Of a DNA stretch of 64,000 nucleotides, positions 23,340-38,573 are shown one piece after another. The translations under genes and the position numbers were made by a program. Under the pieces are notes generated by a model. The model was given only the letters and a program-made list of their open reading frames with translations, had not been told where the DNA came from and searched no databases. How positions within the stretch are numbered: the first letter of the stretch is position 1; each line of letters starts with the position of its first letter. This DNA is from Octopus vulgaris (lineage: Eukaryota). The stretch spans positions 12,214,001-12,278,000 of the forward strand of contig OX597815.1 of the NCBI GenBank assembly GCA_951406725.2, given 5' to 3'.

Positions 23340-26300
23340 CTTCTACCTACAAAGATGGACGTTCAGATAGAGTGTTCTCCATTAAGCCAGATCGTACATA
23401 ATAGCAGGTATATTTTCCGATATTATCCCAATGTCTGGTAGCACATGTTGATATATGTGATATTAAGGTCCATCTCTCGATATGTTGCCATAAGTAGGTT
23501 TCTATAGCGATAAACGTTGTACTGCCTCGACTTCCATTCTTCAAATTTCACGAAACAATTTCAGTCGTTATTCTGAGGGTGTGGCTGTTATTGGTCATAG
23601 ATTGCCACGAAATTCATCATTTGCTTCATCTCACCCCTATAACATGTATAGCGCTGTTGAAACATTTCTTTGTAGGTACACCTCAACCAGTTATGTTGAT
23701 ATTTTGTAAGGGACCATTTTGGGGCCCCATACATCAGAAACTGTTCTCCTGTTGCCCTAAAAATCTGAGTTTAAGGCCCTGATTTAAATACCTCCATTTC
23801 CTTGTCGTTTTTTGCATGCTGACCAATCATGAGATCTACGAGTATTAATATTCTTTTTTTGTTTTTATTGCCAAGGATCCGAGATTCAGGAAATATTTCT
23901 CTTCTTTCACTCTGAAATGATGTTTATTGCTGAATGATAAAGAAAAGATATATAGTCCGTTTTTGTTTCTGTTAAATCTAAGCCAATTTGAGCAGCTGAA
24001 ATGTCTGCTCTTAGCTTTGCTGCTGATCTTCTTCAACCAGATCCGAGAATGACGCGTTATCATTTGAAATGTTTACATTTCCAAATATTTTAATTGAATA
24101 TATTGACGCAGTCCGCTTCGTGTCTTTGAATTCGGTAGATTAGACGCATGTAGCCATTCTCTTGAATAATACTATTACAAAAGTCAGGTTACCAGAATTC
24201 CTCGCAACAAACCAACAAGTGAATAAACAAAAATTCTGTGTCTCAATTACTCGAGAATTCGTTACCAAATGTGTCCATGTAGAGAATATTGGCGGCATTA
24301 TACTTTTGGTATTTTCATTAGATTTTTGCGGTCATTGATCTCAAAGAATTTTGAAATCCAAAACTATTATTGCATACAGCTCCCTATTCATTATTTCTCC
24401 AACTATCTTTATAAGAAAAAAAAATATTGGTACTGTTCTGAAAAGATATGTTCGCAATACGTTAAGGCTGTTTCTAAGATTTGGTTTCTAAGATTCTTCA
24501 CTGTATTATCTTGAATAATTTCCCAGAGGTTACTGATACTTTTAATTCCATAACATTCTAACATGCCTGAAGCATCTGGTTTGGAATTGGAATATATTTC
24601 CTTCTGTTTGGGCTGTCATATTTAGAAGGTTGTGTGAATGTACATACATTCTAAACCTCAATAGCCATGTTGTGAAAAACAGCAGATTATTTGTTAGAAA
24701 ATATGGTATGCATTCTTCAGTGACTATTCTTGTGAAATAGGCTCCGTCTGCAATATACTTGAGAGTAATTGCTACGTTAATGATGTCATGCTGTTGACCA
24801 TGAAGTTCTGGAAAGTGATCTTCGACTTCTAATAATTGCTTAATTCAATCTCTTTTTTATAGCTTTCGTTATGACAATGGTGTTTTTGCTGTAAGGCTTT
24901 ACCTTTTTTCTTTTTCTTTTATGATATACCGTTCTTCCACATAATCGCAAGAATAATTTATAGTTTTCACCCCATGGTATAAGAATCTCATCACTGACAT
25001 GAGCAGGCCTGGCCTTCTTAATATGGAAAACTAATTTAGATTCAACTCACCTGTAGATTGTCACATGGTATCATTGAATTTTATATCGCCTTTTAAGGAC
25101 AAATGTTTCTGCATATTCTGCATGAAATGTTCTAATGCTGATAAAATCTGCAAAATTTTGGGTGTATTGTAGATCGTATTTTTTGGAATTTCAATATATT
25201 GTTAACCGTTCATTTTGTCTCAAAATTTAGTAACTTCAGAGGTTTGTTGTCTTTCTTTGCATACCAGCAGCATCTTATTCGTGTCAGAATGCGATCGGAT
25301 CCACCAGAATAGAAGGGACTTTCCGACATAGTTGGCATCATTTCGCAATTTTCTAAAGTGGAGAGATAGCTGAACCGTCAGTGTATTTCGCCCGTCCTTA
25401 CGTTCTAACTTCAAATTCCACGGAGGTCGACCAGGCTTTTAATTTTTTGGGGCCGATATAACCAGTATCAGTCGAGTATTGGGGTCGGTGAAATCGACTA
25501 ACTCACTATTCAAATTATTTTAGGACTTGTGTCCGTAAGAGTCGTACTTAAAATGATTATTTTTCAATTTTCTATAGACAGGGAATGCGTTCAATTTGCC
25601 TTTTGCATATATTTCCATAGTTGGCGATTAACTAACACTTTCGGTGAACTGAACAGTTAAATGTACACGTTGGTATTCATATATAAGATCGAGAAGGTAC
25701 CGAACATGTCGGTTAGTCTTTTCAGGATATCATAATCCAATTTAATTTCCTTGCCCATTTGGAGAATTTTGTCTCCTTCAATCATGATGAATTTATATTT
25801 TGGGTTGGGTTTACATTTGAATTGTTTCAACATATTTCCTCCTGCAACATTTGTTGGACATTATGCTAGAGATAATTGGCCCCTAGGGATTAAAGTTCAA
25901 AGAAGTCAATGTTGTACCTATAATAGAGCCGCTATTTGTTAAAGCTTATCATGACATTAGACACAATGCAATTTCCCAATCCAGGCTGTTAAATTTTCGC
26001 CAGTTTCTTGATCAGACACTAGTTACATCCTAGCATTTTCTTGTTTGATAGTTGGAGCCCATATTTCGTTATGAAAATATTCATTTTCCTTTTACTCGCG
26101 CCGCATTGAATTCAAACGGTATAGATATTGCTGCTGTTTTATATAAACTGGAAACTGAAGCGAATATTTGAGTGATGAAAGCAGATATTTGCAATGAGAT
26201 TTTTGCATTTATGTAACATGTTCTTGTTGCTGAAAGTTGTAGTAGTCATTCAGATCCCAATCTTGTTGTATATCAGGGAACTCATTACCTTTCTGCTCAA

Positions 26301-26350
26301 GACACACTATGCAATGCTGTATAAGTAAACGTTGGTATACATGAAAGTAT
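23340..26350 (-). mobile_element. Very degenerate CR1/L2-like LINE ORF2 relic
   Basis: Scattered minus-strand motif traces: EVEAVQR (LExVQR) at about 23515-23535 and a NQxGFR-like aaaccagatgcttcagg at about 24565-24582. No long ORF; the region is free of microsatellites. Confidence 0.3.
25354..25535 (+). mobile_element. SINE family B, degenerate
   Basis: Contains ttcaaattccacggaggtcgac...ttggggtcggtgaaatcgactaa. Confidence 0.7.
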
Positions 26351-26747
26351 CCTTCCTTACGTGGTCGACGATAGTAATGATATTATTGATTAGTAATTGC
26401 GGTATGTTACTCCTAACTACTGTATAGTTACCTTTTCAAAAACTCATCGATCTTGTATATTATAATATTCTCTCCACCACAGGAGAGTGACGAAAGCGTT
26501 CTACCGAAAAAAAATGAGATTAATAAAACAACTAAAATTGAAGGCCTGTGTTTGAGGTGCTTTGGATAGGGTCCTTAAAGCCTTACTATTTAAACGGGCA
26601 GTGCTAAATATCTATGGTGAATACACTCAGTTTAAATTTGTCGATTTTCTCTTAGTTGAAAGCGTTCTCTCTCTCTTTCTCTCTCTCCCTCACTCTATAA
26701 TTCTTTCTCTCGCTCTCCTCCTACTAGCAGTCATATCCTGGTATGCC

Positions 26748-26980
26748 TATTTCTTTACTACATTCAAGGGGCTAAACACAGAGGGGACAAACAAGGACAG
26801 ACATACAGATTAAGTCGATCATATCGACCCCAGTGCGTAACTGGTACTTATTTAATCGACCCCGAAAGGATGAAAGGCAAAGTCGACCTTGACGGAATTT
26901 GAACTAAAAACGTAGCGGCAGACGAAACACTGCTTAGCATTTCGCCCGGCGTGCTAACGTTTCTGCCTGCTCGCCGCCCT
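26748..26980 (-). mobile_element. SINE family B, full length
   Basis: High similarity to 11443-11674. Confidence 0.9.
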
Positions 26981-27254
26981 TACATCCTGGTATACCATTA
27001 GAGCAATAACATTCGAGACTAAAACAGAGAAAGTGTGCTACATGTTATCAAACAATGTCTGCTCGCGAGGAATACTTCCCTTCATAAGAAAGTTAATTTC
27101 AATGATTACAGTTTCATTGGCTTAGGTATTAGTAGATATAGCATTATAGCATGTAAGTTTCATTAAAAGGTTTTACATAGATAAATCATTGTATCATTTT
27201 GGAATATTCGCTGACATGGTGGTTTCAGTCTATTTAATGAAAACTTTTCTCTCT

Positions 27255-28915
<1,661 letters not shown>

Positions 28916-29412
28916 AAGGGAATCGGCTTCAGTTGAATCATCATATGTTTTACAATCACATTCCTAATGTTGAATCTCCCTTGAGAGCTGCTGTCTCTTT
29001 AATCTTAAGGACTATCATTTTTCCTTGAATTAGAATATTTGCTACGCCATTTTACTTAATCTGAGCTACCAATCTTTAAGGATTTTAAAATATATCAATT
29101 CTTTTTTTTTTTTTTGTTCTATATTTTAGCTTTTCTTTCCGAATATCACTTATATCAGATTATTCGTATTTAAATTCCCCAATAAATATGCTGCATATAC
29201 TATTTGAAGAGTTACATTCGTGTGTATTCATTTCTATCACATATGAAGCATATTTAAGCTGTATCATGTGATTGCTTTGTACAGCTAACGTAAATTTATA
29301 AATGAATTTAAATACACAATCATATCCAAACACACACACACACACACACGAAAACAAAATACCTCACGCACATATAATATACATTCTTATACATTGTATA
29401 CATGTATATAGG

Positions 29413-29513
<101 letters not shown>

Positions 29514-29749
29514 TATTGTTCTTTCCTTTTCGTAGGAATTTAATCGTTCTTCTGTCCGGCTTTGCTACATAAGACGCCGCGTAAGGATGAAGAGGAGACT
29601 ATTTCAGAATTCGTTACACTAACATTTCATCAGCCACTATGTGCATATGTGTGTGTGTGCGTGCATGTACTTGTGCGCGCCTGCGTGTTTATGTCTGTGA
29701 ATGTGTTTATGTGCTTATTCAAAGTAAGTAAAATTAAATTTGCGTAAAA

Positions 29750-30977
29750 TATTTGGTCATCCCAAAAATAATGAGGATTTTTGATACGTTTTATTTTTCA
29801 AAATTGAGATAAACAAAATTCACTTTTCATCTAAAGTATACTCTCCCTCATTTTCTACAATGCTCTTCCATCTTTCTGGTAGACTTGCTAGGCTTCTCTT
29901 CCGAAATTCACTTGGCCGTGACGAAAAATACTCCTCCAATACTGTTCTGAATTCATCTAGAGGATTCATATTTTTCACTCGAAATGATTTTGAAGACTGC
30001 GGAATAAATAGTAATCAGATTGGGCAATGCCCAGCGAATATGGTGGTTGGGCACCGTTTCCCATTCGAACTGCTTATGCCTTTGGAATGTCATCTTCACT
30101 GTATGAAGCCGCGCATTATCCTGATGGAAAAACACCTTCCGTCTTGAAACCATAGATGGTCGTTTTTCTTCTAGTGCTGACTTATGCTGCTCAAACTTCT
30201 CGCAGTTGATCTATTTTATCGTTTGATTTGAATTTAAAAGTTCAAAATGGCTAAACCTTTCATATCCTAAAAAAACAGTTAACATCACCTTACGTGGTTG
30301 AATACCTTCTTTTCCTTCGGCCCAGGTCTTTGTTCTTTCCCTACCCAGAGTCTTCGGCTCTTGACATTTTTATAGAAAACTAATTTCCCGTCACCAGTCA
30401 CTATTCAGTCCAAACATGGGGTTCATTCATGAGATGTGAGAGAATGGAAGAGCACACATTCACTGTCTGCGAGTGATTAGACTCGGATAGTTTGTAAGGA
30501 AGGCATTGTCCCAATTTTCGGACTTTTTCGATGGCACACAGGTGTCGATAAATAGTTGAATGACTAAATCCAAGCTTCTCTGTTAGTTCCTCAACAGTTA
30601 CGATGGGATTTTCTTCTACCAGGTTTTGCAGGATGTCCTCGTTGAACTCTACAAATCTTCCAAGTCCAGGCTCGTCGTCTAGGCTGTAATTTCTGGAACC
30701 ACCGTGGAGACTGGCTTAAGCTTATTGCCAGTTCCCCATATACTGCATTATTACCCCTTGCACTGTCCGTTACGTTTTCCCTATGTAGAATATGCTCCTT
30801 TGAAGAAATAACTATTAAAATCGAACTGCACTTTTTTAAAACTTGGACTAAGAATAAGTACAAGGTAAAATTACTACCCGCTTTTATAGCAAGTTGATGC
30901 AGGCAGTTTATACCGCCACCACCGACTTTTAGTTTATACAATTGTAAAAACCGTATTATTCACAGGATGAGCCAAAT
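29750..30977 (-). mobile_element. Mariner transposon, near full length, transposase pseudogene
   Basis: Minus-strand VFFHQDNARLH (HDNARPH), PPYSLGIAQSDYYLFRSLQ (YSPDLAPSDY) and N-terminal NAVYGELAISLSQSPRWFQK. Imperfect TIRs atttggtcatcc and ggatgagccaaat; length about 1.23 kb. Confidence 0.88.
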
Positions 30978-31722
30978 TCTTCCTTTATTTTGTTGAATCT
31001 TTATGCTGATATTCTGCATCAATGAACATGGTCAAATGACATACGGATAACTAACGGGTATCTAGTGAGTTTGGATTTACTTTCTATTTCCTTTGCGTGA
31101 TCTATGTATATGCTATTTTCATTCCTTTATTTTGTATAAGTTTCCTCTTGACGATCATTTGAAGAAGTAAATTCTTCGGAGAGACAAATGTAGTCTTGGT
31201 GAAAATATCGGAATTAAATCAAGTTTTGAACAACTTTTGTACAATATTAACTTCTTACTGAAATTGAAAATACAGGACATGAATACATTTTGGCGACGGA
31301 TCCTGTGAGAAAAAAAGACTTCTTATGTCACTGCAGCAAAACTTAATTCGTAACAATAATGGTTATATATATTTATATATAACCCGATTTAAAGTGTGAT
31401 GATATGCATCTAGGCTTGACTAAATGTAAATTATGCATTCATACACACCATTAGAGGTAGCGACAACATAAAATATTAATACACACTTAATTTGCATCTA
31501 TATTTGTTTGTATTTAAATGGATTCGCAGATAAACGAAGTTTGTACCAATATAAATACTTAAATCATTTGACTTTTCATAACTTATGTCTAGCAATGTAA
31601 ATTTAAAATGAAGGTATATTTCGGGTGCAAAATTTATCAAAATCATTCCTGTGTATTCACACAACATAGTAGTGACCTGTACATGTTATCGAACATCACC
31701 TATACTCTCTCATTTGTAATCC

Positions 31723-32202
31723 TTTACTTGTTTCAGTCATTTGAATGTGGTCCATGCTAGAGCACCGCCTTTAGTCGAGAAAATCGACCCCAGGACATAT
31801 TCTTTGTAAGCCTAGTACTTATTACTTCGATCTCTTTTTCCGAACCGCTACGTTACGGTGACGTAAACACACCAGCATCGGTTGTCAAGCGATGTTGGTG
31901 GGGGACAAACACAGACATACAAACATACGTACACACACACACACACATATATATATACATATATATATATATATACACACATATATACAACGAGATTCTT
32001 TCAGTTTCCGTCTACAAAATCCACTCACAAGGCTTTGGTCGACCCGAGGCTATAGTAGAAGACACTTGCCCAAGTTGCCACCACTAGTCATGCAAACAGA
32101 TACAGGTAAATACAAAGAGTCATGCAGGTTTGAATACATTAGCAAACATATATGTGAAGCACTCTCTCAGGTGGTGTATTGAGTATTGAACCCAGAACCA
32201 TG
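31723..32202 (-). mobile_element. SINE family A lacking the extreme head, with a 107-bp templated insertion
   Basis: Homologous to the other family A copies; interrupted at 32078-32184. Confidence 0.88.
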
Positions 32203-32803
32203 TATGTATGTATGTATACGCACTCCTTAAACGTAGATGCCAGCTGATCTTCTATGAAAAATGATTACGATTCAACTCAATACACCACCTGAGAGAGTGC
32301 TTCACATATATGTTTGCTAATGTATTCAAACCTGCATGACTCTTTGTATTTACCTGTATCTGTTTGCATGACTAGTGGTGGTATAATCTAATCAAGTTTC
32401 TTGGAACGTAAACAAAGAAAGCCATATTTACGATGGAGGGAATTGCCATTGTTTGGATACGAAGAATTTCCTAACAGAGAACAAATTCCTTAAAGAAAAC
32501 GTCTAAACGTAAGTAAAGTAGACGATATAACATGAAAGGTTTTGCAAAGCAAGAGATAAAAAGCACGTTTGAAGAATATTGATAAATACTTCTTGAAATA
32601 AAATATGAATCCATTGAAAACATAAGAGCGCACATCGGATATTACGTATATGTTTGTATGCGTATATATATATATACATATACATATATATATATACACT
32701 GCACACGCAGACACACATATATATATGTATGCAGGTATGCAAGTGCGAGAGTATATTATGTGTATGTATTTGCTAATACACACGCATACACACACACACA
32801 CAT

Positions 32804-32855
<52 letters not shown>

Positions 32856-33781
32856 CACTAATTTTTTCTTTAGATGTATTATAACAAATATATAGTTTTG
32901 GAATTCTAAAAAGTGTATTCAACAATGAAACGAGAATGTACATTTTTATTTCAAAAATATATGAATGTATTGAAATGTTATTCTCTATATAATAAAATCA
33001 ATTTTTTAAGAAAAAAACAACAGCAAAAACAAAACCACAGTTTTGAAGACATCAATTCGTAATATTTAGAATAGGATATTTTCAAGTATTTAAGATATTT
33101 TATTATTTTTTGAAAGCAAATTCTGTGTTCAAGTATGTTGCCATCAGAATTCCAGTTCGGAGCAACTTTAAATTTCTCTAGTATATTTTATTTAATCTTT
33201 TGTTTTTGTTTTACTGCAATTATTTTCTACTTATTTCAAATATATTTCGTATTTCTTTCCCGATGACCACTAATTCGGCTTAAATTTTTAATGTCTTAAC
33301 TAATCATGCGTGTGATGATCCTGTATAATGTATTTCTTATGCATAGTGCATTATGCATAGAGATAACCCCATTTGCAAGGAAAGGAGAGCACGCAAAAGT
33401 ACGAATAGGGGTACAACAGACAACCTTGCAAAAAAAAAAAACAAACAACAAAAACCAACATATTCATCTATCGTCATATTGGCAAATATATAAGTGCATA
33501 CTCGCACGTATAACATGTAGTGATATAAAGGAATGTATTTGCAATTTACAATAGATACGAGGTAATTATACTTTCCAAATATAGACAAGTATGCACACAC
33601 ACACACAAACACATACACACACATGCAAACACAAACATGCACACACACTCACGCACACACACATAGCGTGCGTTACACGATGATGATACGCATACATAAA
33701 GTAAGATATAATTTAAATGATAAATATTATTAACCGGACTTTATTATACATATGCCCTCCCCCCCTCTCTCTCTTCCTCTT

Positions 33782-33922
33782 GGCGTGGCTGTGTAGTAAT
33801 TACATGGTTCCGGGTTCAGTCCTCCCTGCATGACACCTTGGTCAAGAGTCTTCTATTATAGCCTCAGGCCGACCAAATGCTTGTGAGTAGATTTCGTAGA
33901 TGAAGACTTAAAAAAACCCTTC
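33782..33922 (+). mobile_element. SINE family A, 5' half
   Basis: Reads ggcgtggctgtgtagtaa...ggttccgggttcagtcc...accttggtcaagagtcttc. Confidence 0.8.
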
Positions 33923-34146
33923 ATACACATATTTAAAGTCTTTTCGTAGTTATACAGTAGCCGTCATCGGAATTCCTGTCTAATTCAGTACAGACGAAGT
34001 GTTATGCATATGTTGTTTAATAAATATTATACATGGAGATTAATCTACTATTTGCTATCTATATATGCCATGTCTATGCTTGAGGTGACCAACTAGATTT
34101 ATCAGCATTTAGTATCTCAGTACTAGATATGCTATTGTTGTTGTTG

Positions 34147-34209
<63 letters not shown>

Positions 34210-34210
<1 letters not shown>

Positions 34211-36705
34211 TTAATGTTTGACTTATGCTTTACATTTGTACAAGTTGGCTCCAAATCTCACCTAGAGATCTCAACAGACAACAAGTTGGAAGTTGATGCT
34301 GGTGTTATGCTTAGGTTGTCATATATTTGGTTTTGTACATAGTATAGGCATTGATGTTGGGCTGCTATGATAAATCCTTCTGTTCTTGATTTTAAGCCAG
34401 AAGCCATCAGCTATTGATTTGTGAACATTGGTATTGTTCGCTCTGTTTGGGCATTTGGCATTGAGAGGTTTTTCTTGCCATTTATCAGTCACAATATCTA
34501 AGACAGCAGTTTTTGCACGGAGTTTCATGCGCTAAGCTTTTACTGCACTTGTTTCTGGTACGTCTAATTCTGGAATTTGTTGTGTTTGGACTTCACTTAG
34601 ATATTACTTTGCCTGCTTTGTCATTGAGTATGATGCTTTCTTGTTTTCATGTTTTGAGACAGGTTTTAACACCCAGTCCTCAGAGGTTTCAGGTTCTAAC
34701 ATTCAGTCCACAGAGTTTTTGTGGCAATCTTCATTGTTAATGCCAGTTGTAAAACCCCACGGCCTCCCTCTTTTCTTGGCAGATAAAGTAATTCTGTATC
34801 TGCCTTAGGTTGGTGAATTCTATGCATTGTCAGCAGTTCTCGTTTGTTTCTGTCAAGATTACTTATTTCAATAATTGACCAGTGAATGATATTGAAACTG
34901 TAAGTCACGACTAATGTGGCTAAAGCATTGATCGCTTCGATCCTGTTTCTTGCATTCAGCTCTCTTGAGTATTGCACTCACCCTGCGATAATATTCTCTC
35001 CCGATCCTTTCCCTCGTCACTGAATGTTTGACCCCGTCTCCTTGAATTACATTTGGGTGCTTATAGCTGTCCACTGGTTCTTACACTTTTATGACATTCT
35101 GCTGATCAAGGTCAACGTTAGATATTTATCATTATTTTCCATTGATAAATGTAGATTTTGCACATTTATCGAGGCCAAATTGCATCCTGATGTCATAATC
35201 GAATTGTTTAACAATCGTTAGTAAGCCCTTGAGTTGTTGGTAATTTTTTGCAGAGTTTTAAATCATCCATGTAAAGGAGATGATTTATATTTTTATCAAA
35301 CATTTTATAACCGCATTGTGCATCGTTGAGCAATTTTGAGAGAAGTATTAACGCTAGACAAAAGAGGAGTGGTGATAGTGAGTCACCTTGGAAAATACCG
35401 CATGAAATTCTTACATCTCCAGCATTTAGAGATCCATTGTCACTGTTCAAAATCTGTGTGGTTCTCCATGATCTCATGTTTATAGACAAAACGTTTCGCA
35501 GAGTAGGAGCTATTTTATACATCCCAGGCATTTCAGTCAGAACAGATGTTAACATTTTATACATTGTTGTTAAGCAGGTTATGGGTGGATACCTTTTGGT
35601 TCATTTGTTTCTTTATTTTTGGGAGGTAGTTAAATAATTAACTAACCAAGGGGGAATCATTCTAGGATGTTGCAAAGCATCGTGGTAAAGTTCTGTTAGC
35701 AGTTCATGTCTCTCTGGGAAGGAATTCAAACAGAAGTTAGGAATTTTATCTTTGCCTGGAGACTTCAATTTACTTCACATCTAGAGAGCAGATCTTATAC
35801 CTTCTCCCTTGACATCCTCCAACTTTTGCTCCTATAAGGAGTCTAAGTCTGTAGATATTCTATCAATCCAATGTGCCTTTTTATTGTGTGTTTTTCTTCT
35901 GCCCAAATTTTATTCCAAAAATCCTGCACTTCTTTCTATGGGCAAAACTGTACTGTAACTGGTATTTTCCCTATCTTCCTGTGAAAATGTTTGGGGTTAT
36001 CTTTGAACATGTTGTTTTCTATGAAGAATCTAACGCGCTTTTCATACCTTGCTATGCGGGCAACTTTAGCACATACCTTTTGGTTGATGGTTTCTATGGT
36101 GGTATCAATGTCAAGTATGGTTTTCATACTATATTTTTTCTTTAATTTTCTTTTTTTTTTTAATTTTAGGTTTGATAGTCTTGTCAGACCTAAGTGTTTT
36201 CAAACATTCTATGTCAGAACTAAGTAGTTTAATTTGGTGTTGAATACGCTCTTGCCAAGAAAGCTTTTCGTGGGAATGTTGTCGTTTTCTAATCTTTTCA
36301 CCACATAGAATCATCAAGATGTTTGCGGATGCATAATACAGGTGGCTGAGATCTGTAATATCAATATCATTAACTGACATTATATCCTTAAGTGCAAGGG
36401 CAGATTTTAACAATTATTTTCATGTTTTGATGCGAATATTTAGGAGAGTGTTGCGCTCATTGATACTGGTTTCTTTAATTTTCATTCATTCAAACGTGAT
36501 TTGATTTTTTAGATCGTGTAGTTCTGTTTGGTAAATTTCTGTGTGACTGTTTTCATCTATTTGATTTTCATCTGCCTCAGTGTTTATGATTAGTTCAGTG
36601 AGTATTTCACTTTGACTGTCAGTTAAATTAATTCTTTCAGTCATTATTGCATTTTCATCAGCCCTGGGCTGGTCTATAATTATTTCCTCTGTAGTATCTG
36701 CTTTA
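34210..36705 (-). mobile_element. R4/Dong-type non-LTR retrotransposon, decayed, with RT core
   Basis: GIFQGDSLSPLLFCLAL...INHLLYMDDLKL (RT motifs), ELNARNRIEAIN...LYLPRKEGGRG, KWQEKPL...ASGLKSRTEGFIIAAQ and N-terminal QKVCAKVARIARYEKR...NNMFKDNPKHFHR. The 3' UTR ends in (TAA)n at 34150-34210. Confidence 0.92.
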
Positions 36706-36740
36706 TTCTTCTTTTTCTTCTTCTTCTTCTTCTTCTTCTT

Positions 36741-36800
<60 letters not shown>

Positions 36801-36841
36801 TATTATTATTATTATTATTATTATGATCATTATTATTATGA

Positions 36842-36872
<31 letters not shown>

Positions 36873-36886
36873 GATCATTATTATTA

Positions 36887-36926
<40 letters not shown>

Positions 36927-36990
36927 CATTGTTGTTATTGTTATTATTATTATCGTCATCATCATCTTCATCATCATCATCATCAGGATT
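36705..36990. repeat. Compound (CTT)n/(TTA)n/(CAT)n microsatellite separating two Dong-type elements
   Basis: Direct reading. Confidence 0.95.
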
Positions 36991-36994
36991 ATAA

Positions 36995-37580
36995 TTACCA
37001 TGTTTATCAAAATGTGGTCGACAGTGACAAGACTGGTGACACTGAATGGCTCTACTCTGAATATGCTTTTCTAAGCAGGAGGAAAGGAACTAGGATAGGG
37101 CACTTTTCCATGCCTTGGAGATGGCACAGTAATCCAGGATTTTGTGCAGGGTCTTCCTCGGATTATGCTAAGTGTACTGTCCAGCTATTGTTGTTAAAGA
37201 TCTCACAAGGTGTCCTTTCCACGATACTTAACACCTGACTAACAATCTCAAAATCCTCGCTGCCCTCAACAGAGCATGTACTACCCCCATGCTCGAGAAT
37301 TTCAATTTATTCGTCATATTTTTCAAACTTGATTGTTGATGCTGATGCCACGCTTACAATTATTGGAAGGATAATTAGTCCCTTCATTGCCGATGTTGCA
37401 GCATGTTCGCAGCTTTGTAGCTTTTGCAGCTCCTCATCGTCCGCGCCTTCACCCCTAAGTATGGCAGTAACTTTAATCTTGGTTTCCTTTCTTTCTTTTA
37501 TACCTTTTCGCCTTTAATACCGTCTACTCTTTCAGCATCATCAGCTAGCGGGTCACATTGGATTGAAAGCCCCATACTAT
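36995..37580 (-). mobile_element. Old R4/Dong-type 3' end (RLE domain relic and 3' UTR)
   Basis: Frameshifted minus-strand W.FSIQCD, IKERKETKIKVTAILRGEGADDEELQKLQ, LIILPIIVSV...KFEKY and HALLRAARILRLL are collinear with the RLE consensus WDFxIQCD...IDVAIPGD..KExEKxxKY...PVVVGALG...ALLGTARILR. Confidence 0.65.
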
Positions 37581-37596
37581 GTTATATATTTTCCCT

Positions 37597-37647
37597 ATTA
37601 TCATTATTGTCATTTTGTTTATTATTATTATTATCATCATCATTATA

Positions 37648-37704
<57 letters not shown>

Positions 37705-37876
37705 GTTATTATTATTATTGTTATTAATATAATTATTATTAATATTATTATTGTTATTATTATTATTAGTATTATTATTATTACTATTATTATTGTTATT
37801 ATTATTATTATTATTATTTCTAATATTATTATTGTTGTTGTTGTTGTTGTTATTGTTGTCGTTGTTGTTGTTGCTA
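37597..37876. repeat. (ATT)n/(GTT)n microsatellite
   Basis: Direct reading. Confidence 0.95.
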
Positions 37877-38030
37877 ATGTTATAGTGTTATGAATTACTG
37901 CCAAATATCTAAACTAAATAACACGCATCTAATAATATCAATAATAAAATACGTATTAATTTGTATATAATATTTGGTGGGTTTGAAGAAACATATTTCT
38001 TGTAGACTGATTATATTATATGCTAAATAC

Positions 38031-38151
<121 letters not shown>

Positions 38152-38573
38152 TATGCATATACGTATGCATATAAAAAAAAATTAACAGAATGAGAAGAAA
38201 ATCTAAGACTGTAAAGGATTTCAGAACATTTATAAAGAGAAGGTCTTACAACTGCTTCCGGGATATTTTCCATATCCCTTCAAAGGAGACGGCGTGAGAA
38301 ACTGGTTAAGCAATAGTTATTCTCGATAAGATATGAAACAGGGAGTGAAGTGGAGGAATGCAAATAGACGTGATATATGCAGGGATATTTTATCTGCAGT
38401 TCCATTATTGAGGCAGAATTGTATACATCTAAAATACATGTACGTTGTGTGTAAGTTCCAACATTAATTAAAATTGGTCATTCCAAGGATAGAGTCGGTA
38501 AACGTTGTTATATATATTATTATTTCTAAATATCTCTAAAGGAGACTACGACAGCAATACTGGATATTAATAG

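Noticed and set aside
36486-37010. 174-aa ORF with poly-I, poly-N and poly-K
   Set aside because: Trinucleotide repeats read into the N-terminal part of the Dong relic; not an independent protein.
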